DNA from: an uncultured Spirochaetaceae bacterium
Lineage (GTDB): Bacteria; Spirochaetota; Spirochaetia; DSM-27196; SLST01
DNA length: 64,000 bases
Direction: 5' to 3'
NCBI GenBank assembly: GCA_964537725.1
Contig: CAZICD010000010.1
Location: 497 to 64,496 of the forward strand
Part shown: positions 29,002 to 39,052 of the stretch, piece after piece
How positions within the stretch are numbered: the stretch's first letter is position 1
Layout of the letters: each line of letters opens with the position of its first letter
Position numbers and translations under genes: made by a program
Notes under the pieces: generated by a model
Databases searched by the model: none
What the model was told of the DNA's origin: nothing
The model's input: only the letters and a program-made list of their open reading frames with translations

Positions 29002-29631
29002 CTACTCCTCCGCGCCTTCGTCGAGTGCGACGAACAACTCTACCTCACCAACGGTCTTTCCAACAATGGCGGCTATTCTGGGCATGGGTACTCCCTGGAG
29101 GTAGAGTCGGCGTACCCGTTCCCGCACGGTGCCGGAGGCATCGCCCGCGGGCGGCCCCTCCGAGAGCCGCTCCGCGCCGCGAGGCCGTGCCTCTCTGCCG
29201 GTCCCGCCGTCCGCGGATGCGTCCTGCACTCCCCGCGTCTCGCCGCTCCCCGCATCGGCACCCGCACCGTCGTTCTCCACCGACTCCGCGCGGGCCCGCG
29301 TCGTGGCCTGTGCGGGGCCCTGCGAGGACGACCGCCCGAGGCGTGTGTACGTGCCGCCCTCACCCGAGCGCGTCGCGAGGTCACGCCGCAACGCGCCGAC
29401 CCGCTTGTCCGCCTGCTCGATCAGCCGCTCGAGCGACGCGATACGGTCCTCGATGAGCTCGATGTTCCGTTCGGTCGTGGAGTTGAGCTCCGTGATGATC
29501 GCGCCGACCTCGCGCTTGATCTCGTCCAGCGCGGCCTGCTGACTCGTCCGGGTCCTGATGTTTCTGTTGAGGACGAGATACGCGACCACCACGAGGATGA
29601 CGGTGATCGCAACGGAGATCCACCCGCTCAT
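29002..29631 (-). CDS. membrane-anchored coiled-coil protein with C-terminal HTH-like tail, unknown function
   Basis: 209 aa. N-terminal TM helix (WISVAITVILVVVAYLVL), a heptad-like segment and a low-complexity linker. C-terminus is RVRRLYLQGVPMPRIAAIVGKTVGEVELFVAL. Its stop abuts the cheA start. Confidence 0.5.
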   Translation of the reverse strand: MSGWISVAITVILVVVAYLVLNRNIRTRTSQQAALDEIKREVGAIITELNSTTERNIELIEDRIASLERLIEQADKRVGALRRDLATRSGEGGTYTRLGRSSSQGPAQATTRARAESVENDGAGADAGSGETRGVQDASADGGTGREARPRGAERLSEGPPAGDASGTVRERVRRLYLQGVPMPRIAAIVGKTVGEVELFVALDEGAEE

Positions 29632-29633
29632 GA

Positions 29634-29951
29634 TCAGCCGGAGAGATCGACGTGCCGGCCCAGGTCGGGATCGCGGAAGACCTCCTGGTCGGACCGCTCT
29701 TCCTCGCCCGAGGCGTGCTCCTCGCCGCCCCCCGATCCGCCCCCCTCCCCGTCCTCGTCGACGACTTCGGGGCCCTCCTGATCGGTTCGCAGCTCGGAGA
29801 CGCGATGGTCCTGTTGCTCGCTCCGCTCGGCAATCTCGCTCCCTGCGACCGCCTGCGCCTGCGCCTGCGCATCGCGGAGCGCGGCCTGCTCCCTGCCGAT
29901 CTGGTTCAGTCGGGAGAAGAGCACCTGCAGGTCGATGGGCTGGATCGCCAT
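29634..29951 (-). CDS. small acidic protein, unknown function
   Basis: 105 aa (MAIQPIDLQVLFSRLNQIGREQAA...). ATG overlaps the fapA TAA by 1 nt. The next start is 2 nt after its stop. Codon bias is consistent with coding. Confidence 0.4.
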   Translation of the reverse strand: MAIQPIDLQVLFSRLNQIGREQAALRDAQAQAQAVAGSEIAERSEQQDHRVSELRTDQEGPEVVDEDGEGGGSGGGEEHASGEEERSDQEVFRDPDLGRHVDLSG

Positions 29952-31897
29952 TATACCCTCCTGCCGATCGTGACGTCCTCGTCCGACTCCTCGTACTTGG
30001 TGACCTTGACCGTGTTCTTGTCGGCGACGAACGTGACCGCTTTGAACTCGTTGCGAACCTCGAGGAACGCGTCCTTGATGCTGATGCGTACTCCCGGGTA
30101 GACGGTTCCGGAAGCCGAGATTCGCCCCGACACCTTCAGGTCGCCCAGGTAGTCGCGGAGCTCCTGAATCTGGCTGTCGATCTTCTTCACCTCACCCTGC
30201 AGCGCGACCTTCTGCTCCTTGAGCTCCTGGTAGTACGATTTCTTCTCCTCGGATACCGAGCGACCCGAGCGCACGAGGTTCTCGATCGTGCTCATGTTGA
30301 GCTTCAGATCGTCGAGCTTCTGCTGGTGCTCCTCGCGAGTGGTTTCGAGCGCGGCGAGCTTCTCCTTGCGTTTCGGGTCGTATCCGACTTCGAGTACCGT
30401 CTCGCTGCCGGCCACAGAACCGAGCGTCTTCGCGTTGATCTCTTCGACCGCCTTGAGCTGCCCGCCCACGATACTCGCCCGTTTGCCTCGGCAGATGATC
30501 TTTCGGTCGGCGAGCATCTCGCAGTTCATGATGCCGTCGGAGACGACGACGAGGTCACCGGACTCCACGCGCGCGTTCTCGACGAACTTCGCCCAGAGGC
30601 TGCGTCCGCATCGGATCGTTCCTGCATTCTTTCCCGCAATTCCCTGGTGGACGATGATGTCGCCCTCCGCATCAAGCTTGCTCTTGCCGACGCTGCCCAT
30701 GACCTCGATATTGCCGGCGGCCTTCACGGTAAAACCGTCGTCCACGTTGCCCTTCACGAGCACGGTGCCGAGGAAGAGCACGTTCCCGGTACGCAGGTTG
30801 ACGTCACCGGCGATGACGTGGACCGGCTCGACGGTTATCCTGCCCGCGCTGAGGACGACCTGCCCGTTGATCTCGGCGATCGCGCTCTTGCCGTCTTCGG
30901 CGAGCCGGACGTTCTTGCCGACGGGCATCTCGACGTCCTTCCCGTCGGTCGCCGGGAGAAGCTTGCCGGTCACCGTGCGGCCCGGCTCACCACGCTCGGC
31001 TTCCTCCTTGCGCGCGAGCACTTGGCCCTGGACGACGTTCTGGACGAGGTTCAGCTCCTTGAAGTCGACGCGTCCATCGGTCTCCTTGAGCGTGATCTGA
31101 CTCGGGTCGAGGTCGAAGCTGTAGCGAACCTGCGCGTCGTCACCGTTCTTCGGGGGGATCCCCTTCGCGACGAGAACCGCTTCCCGATAGAGCGGGTCCT
31201 CGACGAAGTTGCCGATCACGGTCTCGTCGATGCCCTCTACCACTCCGTTCATCTGCAGGAACGATACGACCTGGTCGAACGACGGGTCCGCCCCGCCGTC
31301 GCCGGGCGGGTAGGCCGTGAGGTAGGCCTTCATCTCGCCGTCGGCGAGCTCCACGGACAGCGACGCATCGGCGGACGGGTCGTACTCGAAATCACCGACC
31401 TTGATGAACTCGCCCTGCGCAAGTTTCACCGCCTTGGACACGCGTCCCTTGTCAATACCGTCGTCGGTCCGCTCGAGGAGCTTCTCCATCGCCTGGCGCT
31501 CGGTTGCCTTCGACCCGCTGCCGCGAGGCCTGGTGACCTTGAGCATGATCCCGTCCGGTGTCATGCGAACGAACACGCGCCCGTCGCGATCCTTCTCCTC
31601 TTCTTCCTCGGCGAGGAGCGAGAGATCGATCTTCGTCTCCTCCTGCTCGCCGGCCTCGTCGACCTTCTCGCGAGCCGGATACGCCAGCAGGAGCCAGGGC
31701 TTCTTCCCGACCCCGAGCATGCCGCGCGAGCCGCGCTCGAGCACCTCGTACTCGACCTTCTTGATGGGCAACCCCAGCTCGATCGAAGCCTGTTCGAGCG
31801 CATCCTCGAGCGTATCGCCGGACACGTTGACACCCTTGTCGCTGTCCTGGTCGAGTTGCTCGCGCATGTACGACTGGATCTGATCGAGCGTGACCAC
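29951..31897 (-). CDS. fapA: FapA (DUF342) family flagellar-assembly-associated protein
   Basis: 648 aa. N-terminal Jag-like segment (LEDALEQASIELGLPIKKVEYEVLERGSRG). Long beta-helix repeat region (GNVLFLGTVLVKGNVDDGFTVKAAGNIEVMGSV...) and a C-terminal coiled coil. GTG overlaps the fliA TAG. Confidence 0.7.
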   Translation of the reverse strand: MVTLDQIQSYMREQLDQDSDKGVNVSGDTLEDALEQASIELGLPIKKVEYEVLERGSRGMLGVGKKPWLLLAYPAREKVDEAGEQEETKIDLSLLAEEEEEKDRDGRVFVRMTPDGIMLKVTRPRGSGSKATERQAMEKLLERTDDGIDKGRVSKAVKLAQGEFIKVGDFEYDPSADASLSVELADGEMKAYLTAYPPGDGGADPSFDQVVSFLQMNGVVEGIDETVIGNFVEDPLYREAVLVAKGIPPKNGDDAQVRYSFDLDPSQITLKETDGRVDFKELNLVQNVVQGQVLARKEEAERGEPGRTVTGKLLPATDGKDVEMPVGKNVRLAEDGKSAIAEINGQVVLSAGRITVEPVHVIAGDVNLRTGNVLFLGTVLVKGNVDDGFTVKAAGNIEVMGSVGKSKLDAEGDIIVHQGIAGKNAGTIRCGRSLWAKFVENARVESGDLVVVSDGIMNCEMLADRKIICRGKRASIVGGQLKAVEEINAKTLGSVAGSETVLEVGYDPKRKEKLAALETTREEHQQKLDDLKLNMSTIENLVRSGRSVSEEKKSYYQELKEQKVALQGEVKKIDSQIQELRDYLGDLKVSGRISASGTVYPGVRISIKDAFLEVRNEFKAVTFVADKNTVKVTKYEESDEDVTIGRRV

Positions 31898-32685
31898 TAC
31901 ATGATCCCCTTCTTGATATTGGTCAGCTTCGCCCGAAGCCGCATGATCGCCTTCGTGTGCAGCTGTGATACCCGCGACTCGGTCACTTCCAGAACCTGCC
32001 CGATCTCCTTCAGGGTGAGATCTTCGTAGTAGTAGAGAACGAGCACCTTCTTTTCCTTGTCCGGCAGATCCTGAATCGCCTCCATGATGACGCGCTTGAT
32101 CTCGTCCTTCTCGACGATGATGTCCGGATTGAGGCTGTCCGGGCTCTCGATGCTGTCGGCGATGGAAACCTTGTCGTTGTCCTCTCCGGTATACCAGACG
32201 TCGTTGAGGCTGAGGATGGAGGTCGACGAGACCTTGAGCATCGTCTTCTCGAAGTCCTTCGAGGACATGCCCATTTCTTTCGCGATCTCCGCGTCGGTCG
32301 CGGCGCGGCCGAGCGAGCTCTCCAGCCGGCGTACGCTCTCCTCGATCTCCCTGCTCTTCTGCCGCACCGAGCGAGGAACCCAGTCGATCGACCGCAGCTC
32401 GTCGAAGATGGCGCCGCGAATCCGGGTGACGGCGTACGTCTTGAACTTCACGTGCTTGTCGGGATTGAACTTCTCGATCGCGTCGAAGAGGCCGAACACG
32501 CCGTAACCCACGAGATCGTCGAACTCGACGTTGTGCGGCATTCCCACCGCGACCTTGCCGGCGACGTACTTGACGAGCGGAGCGTACTGCTCGACGAGAC
32601 GGTCGCGCACCTCGGGGTTGCGGGTCTCTTGGTAGATCCGCCAGAGCTCTTCTTCTGTTTTTTCGGCCAGGAGGTTCTCTCCCAT
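31897..32685 (-). CDS. fliA: flagellar sigma factor sigma-28 (FliA/WhiG)
   Basis: 262 aa. Region 2 is [36 protein letters not shown]. Region 4 is [22 protein letters not shown]. Confidence 0.9.
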   Translation of the reverse strand: MGENLLAEKTEEELWRIYQETRNPEVRDRLVEQYAPLVKYVAGKVAVGMPHNVEFDDLVGYGVFGLFDAIEKFNPDKHVKFKTYAVTRIRGAIFDELRSIDWVPRSVRQKSREIEESVRRLESSLGRAATDAEIAKEMGMSSKDFEKTMLKVSSTSILSLNDVWYTGEDNDKVSIADSIESPDSLNPDIIVEKDEIKRVIMEAIQDLPDKEKKVLVLYYYEDLTLKEIGQVLEVTESRVSQLHTKAIMRLRAKLTNIKKGIM

Positions 32686-32697
32686 GACTCCCCTTCC

Positions 32698-33498
32698 CTA
32701 TTCTTCTCGCTTCAGGACCGTCCGAATCGCGCGAGCCATCACTTCCGGATCCTCGCCCGAGTCACCCGACGATTCCTCGTCCTCGCTGTCGTCCATGGCC
32801 GCCTCGGAGAAATCGCCCGAGAACCCCTCGATATCCGGCAGGCTTCCGGTGCTCGCCGCCTCCGGCGCCGCCTCTTCAAGGTCCTCCGGAGCCTCGCGTC
32901 CGTCAACCGAGCCCTCGCCGGCGTCCCCCGACGCCGGCGTCGCGGTTTCACCGCTCGGTTCGGTGTCCGCCTCCTCAAGCTCGGTGACCTCTTCGTCCGC
33001 GCCGCCGGCGTGGACGCGCTCGGCGGCGAGCCCCGGCGTGAATGTCGCGTGGTCCGCGGCAGCGTGGTCCGCGGCCGCGTCATCCGCGACCGCGTCATCC
33101 GCACCGTCGTCCTGCTCGAGCTCCTCCACGTCCTCGTCACCGGAGCCGCTCGAAACCCCCGGCTCCTCCGCTTCCTCCAGGTCGAAATCGCTCGCCCCGA
33201 GTCCCCCCGTGTCGACCTCGTCGTCGACCACGATGTCCACCCGGCCGCCTGGCGTTCCCTGTCCATCTGCCGACTGTCCGTCGGACGCTCCGCCTCCCTG
33301 CATCGACTGCTTGAGATCCGGGAGGTAGCGGTCGATCACGTACGACACCGCGGCTGCGCCCGCGCCGAAGACGACCCCGCCGATGATCCCGCGGACGACC
33401 AGTGCGCCGAAACCGACACCACCGAGAATGCCTGAGAGAAGAGAGAGGACGAGCGCCGCCGTGGCGGCGACTGCGCTGGCACGCCAGTCAAACCTCAT
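32698..33498 (-). CDS. membrane protein with long Asp/Glu-rich tail, unknown function
   Basis: 266 aa. Two Gly-rich TM helices (ALVLSLLSGILGGVGFGALVV; GGVVFGAGAAAVSYVI) followed by about 190 aa of D/E/A/G-rich sequence. Lies between flhG and fliA. Confidence 0.5.
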   Translation of the reverse strand: MRFDWRASAVAATAALVLSLLSGILGGVGFGALVVRGIIGGVVFGAGAAAVSYVIDRYLPDLKQSMQGGGASDGQSADGQGTPGGRVDIVVDDEVDTGGLGASDFDLEEAEEPGVSSGSGDEDVEELEQDDGADDAVADDAAADHAAADHATFTPGLAAERVHAGGADEEVTELEEADTEPSGETATPASGDAGEGSVDGREAPEDLEEAAPEAASTGSLPDIEGFSGDFSEAAMDDSEDEESSGDSGEDPEVMARAIRTVLKREE

Positions 33499-33518
33499 CG
33501 TACCGCCTTACAGGTTAG

Positions 33519-33540
33519 ATAATAGCACATACGGCGTCAA
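33519..33540 (-). promoter_or_regulatory. candidate internal promoter ahead of the acidic-ORF/fliA sub-cluster
   Basis: Minus strand reads TTGACG (33540-33535) and TGC-TATTAT (33527-33519). The -35/-10 spacing is only 10 nt, so only the extended -10 would count. Confidence 0.25.
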
Positions 33541-33566
33541 CCTGAGGGCCGGAGCCGACCATCGGC

Positions 33567-34448
33567 TCATTCGGAGGCTCCGAAGAGCTTCTTGATGAAC
33601 TGGCCGATACCTCCACCCTCCTTGTAGTCGATCTTCTCAAGCCGCCCGACGATGTGCTGGACGCACGCCGACGCCTTGCCCTTCGGATCGTTGACGAGGA
33701 ACGGCTTCTGACGCAACACGGACTGGTGAACGGCCTGGTCCTCGTAGACGTAGCCCAGATAGTCGACCTTGAGATTGAGGAACTGACTCGCGATGTTGAT
33801 CACCCGCTCGGCGACTTTCTTCCCCTCGGTCACGCTCTTCACGCGGTTCACGATGAGCTTCAACGAGAGGCTGAGGTTGTCGATCTCGGTCGCGATGATC
33901 TTGATGATGCCGTACGCGTCGGTAATCGCGGTGGGCTCCGGGGTCGTCACGATGATCGCCTCGTCGGCAGCAGCGACGAAGGAGAGGACGTTTGCCGACA
34001 CCCCGGCCGAGGTGTCGATGATGATCACGTCCGCGGCGGACAACTCCGAGAGCTCACGAATGAAGTTCTGCCGCTCCTGCTCGTCGAGGTTGGCGATCTT
34101 CGCAAAACCGCTTGCTCCCGCGACGATCTGGATCCCGTAGTTGGTGTCCATGATGATCTCGCGCATCGTCTTCTGCTTGCGGATCAGATGATAGAGGTTG
34201 TACTTGGGTATGATCCCGAGTACCACGTTCACGTTCGCGAGGCCCAGGTCCGCATCCATCAGGATGACCTTCTTGCCCAGCTTCGCGTACGCGAGCGCGA
34301 GATTCGTCGAGATGTTCGTCTTCCCGACCCCTCCCTTTCCGCTGGCCACCGTGATAATCCGCGTGTTGCCGCTACCCGAACCGCCCTGGTTGCGCATCAT
34401 CTCGCGCAGGGTTTCCGCCTGGTCTGCCATTTCCATCTCCATCGTCAT
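33567..34448 (-). CDS. flhG: flagellar number regulator FlhG (MinD/ParA-type ATPase)
   Basis: N-terminal DQAETLR activator motif. Deviant Walker [10 protein letters not shown]. 4-nt overlap with flhF. Confidence 0.9.
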   Translation of the reverse strand: MTMEMEMADQAETLREMMRNQGGSGSGNTRIITVASGKGGVGKTNISTNLALAYAKLGKKVILMDADLGLANVNVVLGIIPKYNLYHLIRKQKTMREIIMDTNYGIQIVAGASGFAKIANLDEQERQNFIRELSELSAADVIIIDTSAGVSANVLSFVAAADEAIIVTTPEPTAITDAYGIIKIIATEIDNLSLSLKLIVNRVKSVTEGKKVAERVINIASQFLNLKVDYLGYVYEDQAVHQSVLRQKPFLVNDPKGKASACVQHIVGRLEKIDYKEGGGIGQFIKKLFGASE

Positions 34449-35734
34449 GCCACCGAAAACTGCTTCTCGAGCGTCGCCCGGGAAACGCTGAATCCTTCAA
34501 GGTTCATCAGGAAGCGAAGCCGGGTTGCCCGCTCGATATCCTGCGGCACCCGCTGGCCGTCGGTCATGAATGAGATCGGCTTCTCGCGCTCGGAGAGCAC
34601 GCTGATGATGTTTCCGGCGCGTGTCGTCTCGTCCATCTTCGTCACCACGACTGCCTCGTACTTGAACGGTTCGAACTGGGTCGCGATCTCGGCCACATCG
34701 CACGTCTTCGTCGTCGCGCTGATCGCGAGATGTACCCGAGCCCGGTTCCCGCACATGGAAAGCAACTCGTTCATCTCCCCCAGCTTGCGAAAGTCCCGCG
34801 GGCTCTTGCCGATCGTGTCCACGAAGATCATGTCCGCGTCCTGATAGAGAGCGAGGTACTTGCGCATGTCATCGGCCGACTCGACGAACGAGACCGGGAT
34901 ATCCATGATCTGGCCGTAGGTCTCGATCTGTTGCCGGGCACCGATGCGGTAGTTGTCGATAGTGAGCACCCGGATGTCGCGGGCCTTCTTGCTGCGCTCG
35001 AGTCCGTACATCGCCGCGAGCTTCGCGATCGTCGTCGTCTTGCCGACGCCGGTGGGACCGACGAGAATCAGGATTTCCGGCTTTCCGGTCGATCGGGGCT
35101 CGTGGATCCGGATCGACTGGCCAATCCACTCGACGACCCGGGCGTGAACCCCGTCCCTGTCGGATAGCTCGTCGACCGAGAGCTCGCGTCGCATCCGGTC
35201 GGTCATCGTGCGTACGTAGACGGGCGAGAAGTCGTTCTGCTCGAGAAGCGAGCGGACTTCGGCTATCGTCGGATGCTCCTCGGCGTGCCCGCCGCCGAGC
35301 GAGTCGCGCAGGCTGCGGATCTCGCTGAGAACCGTGTCCAGCGTCTTGTCGCCTCCGCGCATCACGTCGAGCAACTTCCGCTTCTCCTCTTCGAGCGACC
35401 CGCCGCCGCCGCCACCGCCGCCCGCGCGTGCCGAGGCCGAGCCGGCCCCACCATCGGGGAACGCGCCGCCGGTTCCCGATGCGCTTCCGTTCGACCCGGC
35501 GCCGGCCGCCTGCTGGCGCTCGCCCGGCCGCGACAGCGCATCGGCCCCGACCTGTCTGCGAGGCTCGCGCGAGAAGTAGCCGGTCACTTCCACACCCTCG
35601 CGCGTGAACAGACCGAGGAACCCCCCGATCCGCACCGATCTGTGATGCATGATGCGAGCCGCGTCGCCGTACTTCGTGCGGACACGTTCCTCAGCCTCTC
35701 GATGCGTCGGTGCCTGTTCGACAAAATACTCCAT
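34445..35734 (-). CDS. flhF: flagellar biosynthesis GTPase FlhF (SRP-type)
   Basis: [23 protein letters not shown] and TKMDET motifs. ATG 35734 has a GAGGAG SD. The ORF is also open from GTG 35740. Confidence 0.9.
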   Translation of the reverse strand: MEYFVEQAPTHREAEERVRTKYGDAARIMHHRSVRIGGFLGLFTREGVEVTGYFSREPRRQVGADALSRPGERQQAAGAGSNGSASGTGGAFPDGGAGSASARAGGGGGGGGSLEEEKRKLLDVMRGGDKTLDTVLSEIRSLRDSLGGGHAEEHPTIAEVRSLLEQNDFSPVYVRTMTDRMRRELSVDELSDRDGVHARVVEWIGQSIRIHEPRSTGKPEILILVGPTGVGKTTTIAKLAAMYGLERSKKARDIRVLTIDNYRIGARQQIETYGQIMDIPVSFVESADDMRKYLALYQDADMIFVDTIGKSPRDFRKLGEMNELLSMCGNRARVHLAISATTKTCDVAEIATQFEPFKYEAVVVTKMDETTRAGNIISVLSEREKPISFMTDGQRVPQDIERATRLRFLMNLEGFSVSRATLEKQFSVA

Positions 35735-35736
35735 GC

Positions 35737-37821
35737 TCACTCCTCAACGCGAACTTCTGCGAGGGCTTCGATCCGGACATCGGCGACGATCTCGGGAACC
35801 GAGAGAACCGCGAGGTCCGGGATCTCGCGGCGCGCGCTCGCCTTGACGAGCGGGCGTGCCGCTTCGGAACAGAGAATGATCGGCATATGGCCGATCTGCT
35901 GGACGTTGCGAACCGCGTTCATCAGCGCGTTGATCCACGCCCGCTGGGTATCGGGCGGCAGCGCCGGCACCAGCCCTCCGGCGGTCTCCACCCGGGAGTC
36001 CACGATCCGTTGCTCGAGCCCGGGGTCGAGCGTCATCACGTGGATCGTGTGCGAGTCGTCGGCGTACTGCAGGCAGATCTGCCGTGCGAGCGCCTGGCGC
36101 ACCTTCTCCACGAGGAAGGTCGGCTCCTTGCTCACGGCCGCGAAGTCGGCGAGGGTCTCGAGGATCACGACGAGGTTCCTGATCGACACCTGCTCGACGA
36201 GCAGGCTCTGGAGTACCTTCTGAACCTCACCGAGCGAGAGGACGTTCTGAACGTCCTCGACGACGGCCGAGTACTCGCGGCGCAGCGTGTCGAGCATGCT
36301 GCGCACCTCCTGACGTCCGAGGATGTCGGCGGCGTGGCGCTTGATGATCTCGGTCAGGTGCGTGGCGATGATCGAAGGCGAGTCGACCACCGTGTAACCG
36401 GCCCGTTCGGCCCGGTCGCGGACGTCCTCGGTAATCCACATCGCCGGCAGCCCGAAGGCGGGATCGGTCGTTCGTTCGCCCGGCACCTCCTCGGTGACGT
36501 TGCCCGGGTTGATCGCCAGGTAGTGCCCCATGCGAATCGTCCCTCGACCGACCTCGGTTCCTCGAATCTTGAAGCTGTACTCGCTCGGCTCGAGCCGCAT
36601 GTTGTCGATGATGCGGATGCGCGGTACCACCAATCCGAGGTCCAGCGCCATCTCGCGTCGGATCCGAGTCACGCGGTCGAGCAACTCGGCTCCCTTGTCG
36701 CGGTCGACGAGCGGCACGAGCCCGTACCCGAGCTCGAGCGACAGCGGGTCGAGCGGTGCAACCGGCGAGATCTCCGCCGGCGCCTCCGGAGCGGCCTCCG
36801 CCTCGGCTTCGCGGGCCTCGGTCTCCTCGCGGGCCTGCTTGTGTCCGAGCCGGTAGGCGAGGAACCCGCTCATGATCGCGAGCGGGATCAGCACGTACCA
36901 GGGGAATCCCGGCAGGAAGGCGATTCCCATCAGGAAGGCGGCTGCGATCCAGTAGATCCGGCTCTGGCGCGTGAACTGCTTCGTGATGTCCTCGCCGAAC
37001 GAGCCGTCCGAAACGGCGCGCGTGACGATGATGCCGGTCGCGGTGGCGATCAGCAGGGCCGGGAACTGCGTGACCAGACCGTCGCCGACGGCGAAGCGGA
37101 TGTACGTGTCGGCCGCCTGGGCGAGCGTCTCCCCGTGCAGCGTCACCCCGACGATGATCCCGCCCACGATGTTGATCACCGTGATGAGGATGCCGACCTT
37201 GACGTTGCCCTGGACGAACTTGCTCGCACCATCCATCGCACCGTAGAAGTCGACCTCGCGCTCGAGCTCGTTCTTGCGCTTGGCCGCCTCTTCTTCGGTT
37301 ATCGCACCCGAGTTGTACTCGGCCTCGATCGCCATCTGCTTGCCGGGCAGCGCGTCGAGCGTGAACCGCGCGGCCACCTCGGCGACGCGCGTCGCGCCCT
37401 TCGTGATGACGATGAACTGCACCGCGATCAGGACGATGAAGATGATGATCCCGATCACGAGACCCTCGGTCCCGGTGGTTCCCACGACGAAGTTCCCGAA
37501 GGCGATCACGATGCGCCCGTCGAACTCCTCCCCCTGAGCGAGGATCAGCCGGGTCGACGACACGTTGAGCGCAAGCCCGAACACCGTCGCGACGAGCAGG
37601 AGCGTGGGGAAGACGCTGAAGTCGAGCGCGCGCGATGTGTAGAGGACGATCAGTATCACGAGCAGGCTCAGCACGATGTTGATCGCCATGAACCCGTCGA
37701 GGAGGAACGTCGGCAGGGGGATGATGAGCATCCCCACGACGACGATCACACCGACCGCGATGAACACGTCGCTGCGCTTACGCAGGAACGCGTTGCTCAG
37801 AACCGACTGGAAATCAGCCAT
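35737..37821 (-). CDS. flhA: flagellar type III export protein FlhA
   Basis: 694 aa. Conserved TM region with FPTLLLVATVFGLALNVSSTRLIL and FVVGTTGTEGLVIG, plus a cytoplasmic domain. 8-nt overlap with flhB. Confidence 0.95.
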   Translation of the reverse strand: MADFQSVLSNAFLRKRSDVFIAVGVIVVVGMLIIPLPTFLLDGFMAINIVLSLLVILIVLYTSRALDFSVFPTLLLVATVFGLALNVSSTRLILAQGEEFDGRIVIAFGNFVVGTTGTEGLVIGIIIFIVLIAVQFIVITKGATRVAEVAARFTLDALPGKQMAIEAEYNSGAITEEEAAKRKNELEREVDFYGAMDGASKFVQGNVKVGILITVINIVGGIIVGVTLHGETLAQAADTYIRFAVGDGLVTQFPALLIATATGIIVTRAVSDGSFGEDITKQFTRQSRIYWIAAAFLMGIAFLPGFPWYVLIPLAIMSGFLAYRLGHKQAREETEAREAEAEAAPEAPAEISPVAPLDPLSLELGYGLVPLVDRDKGAELLDRVTRIRREMALDLGLVVPRIRIIDNMRLEPSEYSFKIRGTEVGRGTIRMGHYLAINPGNVTEEVPGERTTDPAFGLPAMWITEDVRDRAERAGYTVVDSPSIIATHLTEIIKRHAADILGRQEVRSMLDTLRREYSAVVEDVQNVLSLGEVQKVLQSLLVEQVSIRNLVVILETLADFAAVSKEPTFLVEKVRQALARQICLQYADDSHTIHVMTLDPGLEQRIVDSRVETAGGLVPALPPDTQRAWINALMNAVRNVQQIGHMPIILCSEAARPLVKASARREIPDLAVLSVPEIVADVRIEALAEVRVEE

Positions 37822-39052
37822 ACCGGCCTCCGACGGGTTTGCCCGTCATCTTGTAGACCTGCTTGAGCACGATGACGACCGCCTCGTAGAACTTCTCCGG
37901 AATCGTGTCGCCGATTTCGACTTCGGCGTAGAGAGCGCGGGCGAGCGGTTTGTTCTCGATAATGGGAACGTCGGACTCGCCGGCGATCTCCCTGATTCTG
38001 AAGGCGATGTTGTCCTGACCCTTCGCAACGACCGTGGGAGCCTCCATGGTCAGCTGGTTGTACTCCATCGCCACGGCGAAGTGCGTCGGGTTCGTGACCA
38101 CGACGTCGGCCTCCGGCACGTTCTGCAGCATATTGCGGTTCAACAGCTCGTTCATCCGCTGCTTCATCCGGCTCTTGATCTGCGGGTCTCCCTCGAACGT
38201 GCGTCGCTCTTCCTTCACCTCCTGACGGGTCATCTTCAACGACTCCATGTGCTGGTGGCGCTGAAAGAGGTAGTCGAAGATCGACAGGATGAGCATCAGG
38301 ATCGCCGACTGAAGCAGCATGTTGAAGGCGATCTCGGTGATCAGCGAGAACGACTGCAGGAACGGCGCGTTCAGCGTCGCGGTGATCTCGTTTATCCTGA
38401 AAGCGACGTTGACGATGCCGAGCACGACGATGAGCAGAACCTTGCCCATCGACTTGGCGAGGTTGAACAGCGCCTCGGTACTCATCAGCGCGCGCTGAAA
38501 GAACTTCCCGAACCGCGGCGCGATGCGGTTGAAGTCGGGGGTGATCGTCTTCGTCGTGAAGAGGAACCCCACCTGCACGACGTTGCCGAGTACCGCGGCG
38601 GCGAAGGCGATCACCGCGATCGGCCACGTGAGCCGGATGAAGTACGAGTAGAACGCGCGCATGATCGTCGCGTCCCCGGCGAGATCGACCTCCGTCGACC
38701 GGCGAAGGAAGTACGTCACCATCTCCTGCGAGTTGTTGAGAATGTAGCGGCCGAGGATCAGAAGCGCGATGACCGTGAACAGCAGGATAATCGAGCCGGT
38801 TACGTCCTGACTCTTGGCGACCTTCCCGTCCTCGCGCGCCTTGCGAATCTTGTGCTCGCTCGGCTCCTCGGTCCGCCCCTCGTCCTCGGCGGCGAACCAC
38901 TGGAGGTGCATCGCTTCGAGCGCGCTCGCGAGCGACCCGTCGTCGCCGGGCGTCGCCCGACCGCGCGCGCCCGGTAGCCGCTCGGCACCCGAGTCGACCG
39001 GGAGCAGGAGGTCTGCAAACGTGTTCTGCGCTCCCCGCGTCGCCATTCTCAT
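37814..39052 (-). CDS. flhB: flagellar type III export protein FlhB
   Basis: EDEGRTEEPSEHKIRKAREDGKVAKSQD N-terminal motif. NPTH autocleavage site (VVVTNPTHFAVA). ATG 39052 overlaps the fliR TGA (ATGA) with GGAGG 7 nt upstream. Confidence 0.9.
   Translation of the reverse strand: MRMATRGAQNTFADLLLPVDSGAERLPGARGRATPGDDGSLASALEAMHLQWFAAEDEGRTEEPSEHKIRKAREDGKVAKSQDVTGSIILLFTVIALLILGRYILNNSQEMVTYFLRRSTEVDLAGDATIMRAFYSYFIRLTWPIAVIAFAAAVLGNVVQVGFLFTTKTITPDFNRIAPRFGKFFQRALMSTEALFNLAKSMGKVLLIVVLGIVNVAFRINEITATLNAPFLQSFSLITEIAFNMLLQSAILMLILSIFDYLFQRHQHMESLKMTRQEVKEERRTFEGDPQIKSRMKQRMNELLNRNMLQNVPEADVVVTNPTHFAVAMEYNQLTMEAPTVVAKGQDNIAFRIREIAGESDVPIIENKPLARALYAEVEIGDTIPEKFYEAVVIVLKQVYKMTGKPVGGRYG

Noticed and set aside
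33559-33566. GCCGATGG immediately after the flhG stop, and GCCGATCG after the fliL stop, as additional sigma-28 -10 boxes
   Set aside because: No TAAA-like -35 lies at N15 or N16 in either case. The GCCGAT hexamer is expected to occur by chance in this composition.
35710-37866. Long plus-strand ORFs antisense to the flagellar genes (for example 35710-37866, 29558-32029, 44361-46046, 54420-56297, 1031-3151, 19033-20763)
   Set aside because: Same artefact. They are low-complexity R/D/E/L/V-rich translations opposite strongly recognisable flhA, fapA/fliA, motA/motB, fliF, flgL/flgK and secA frames.
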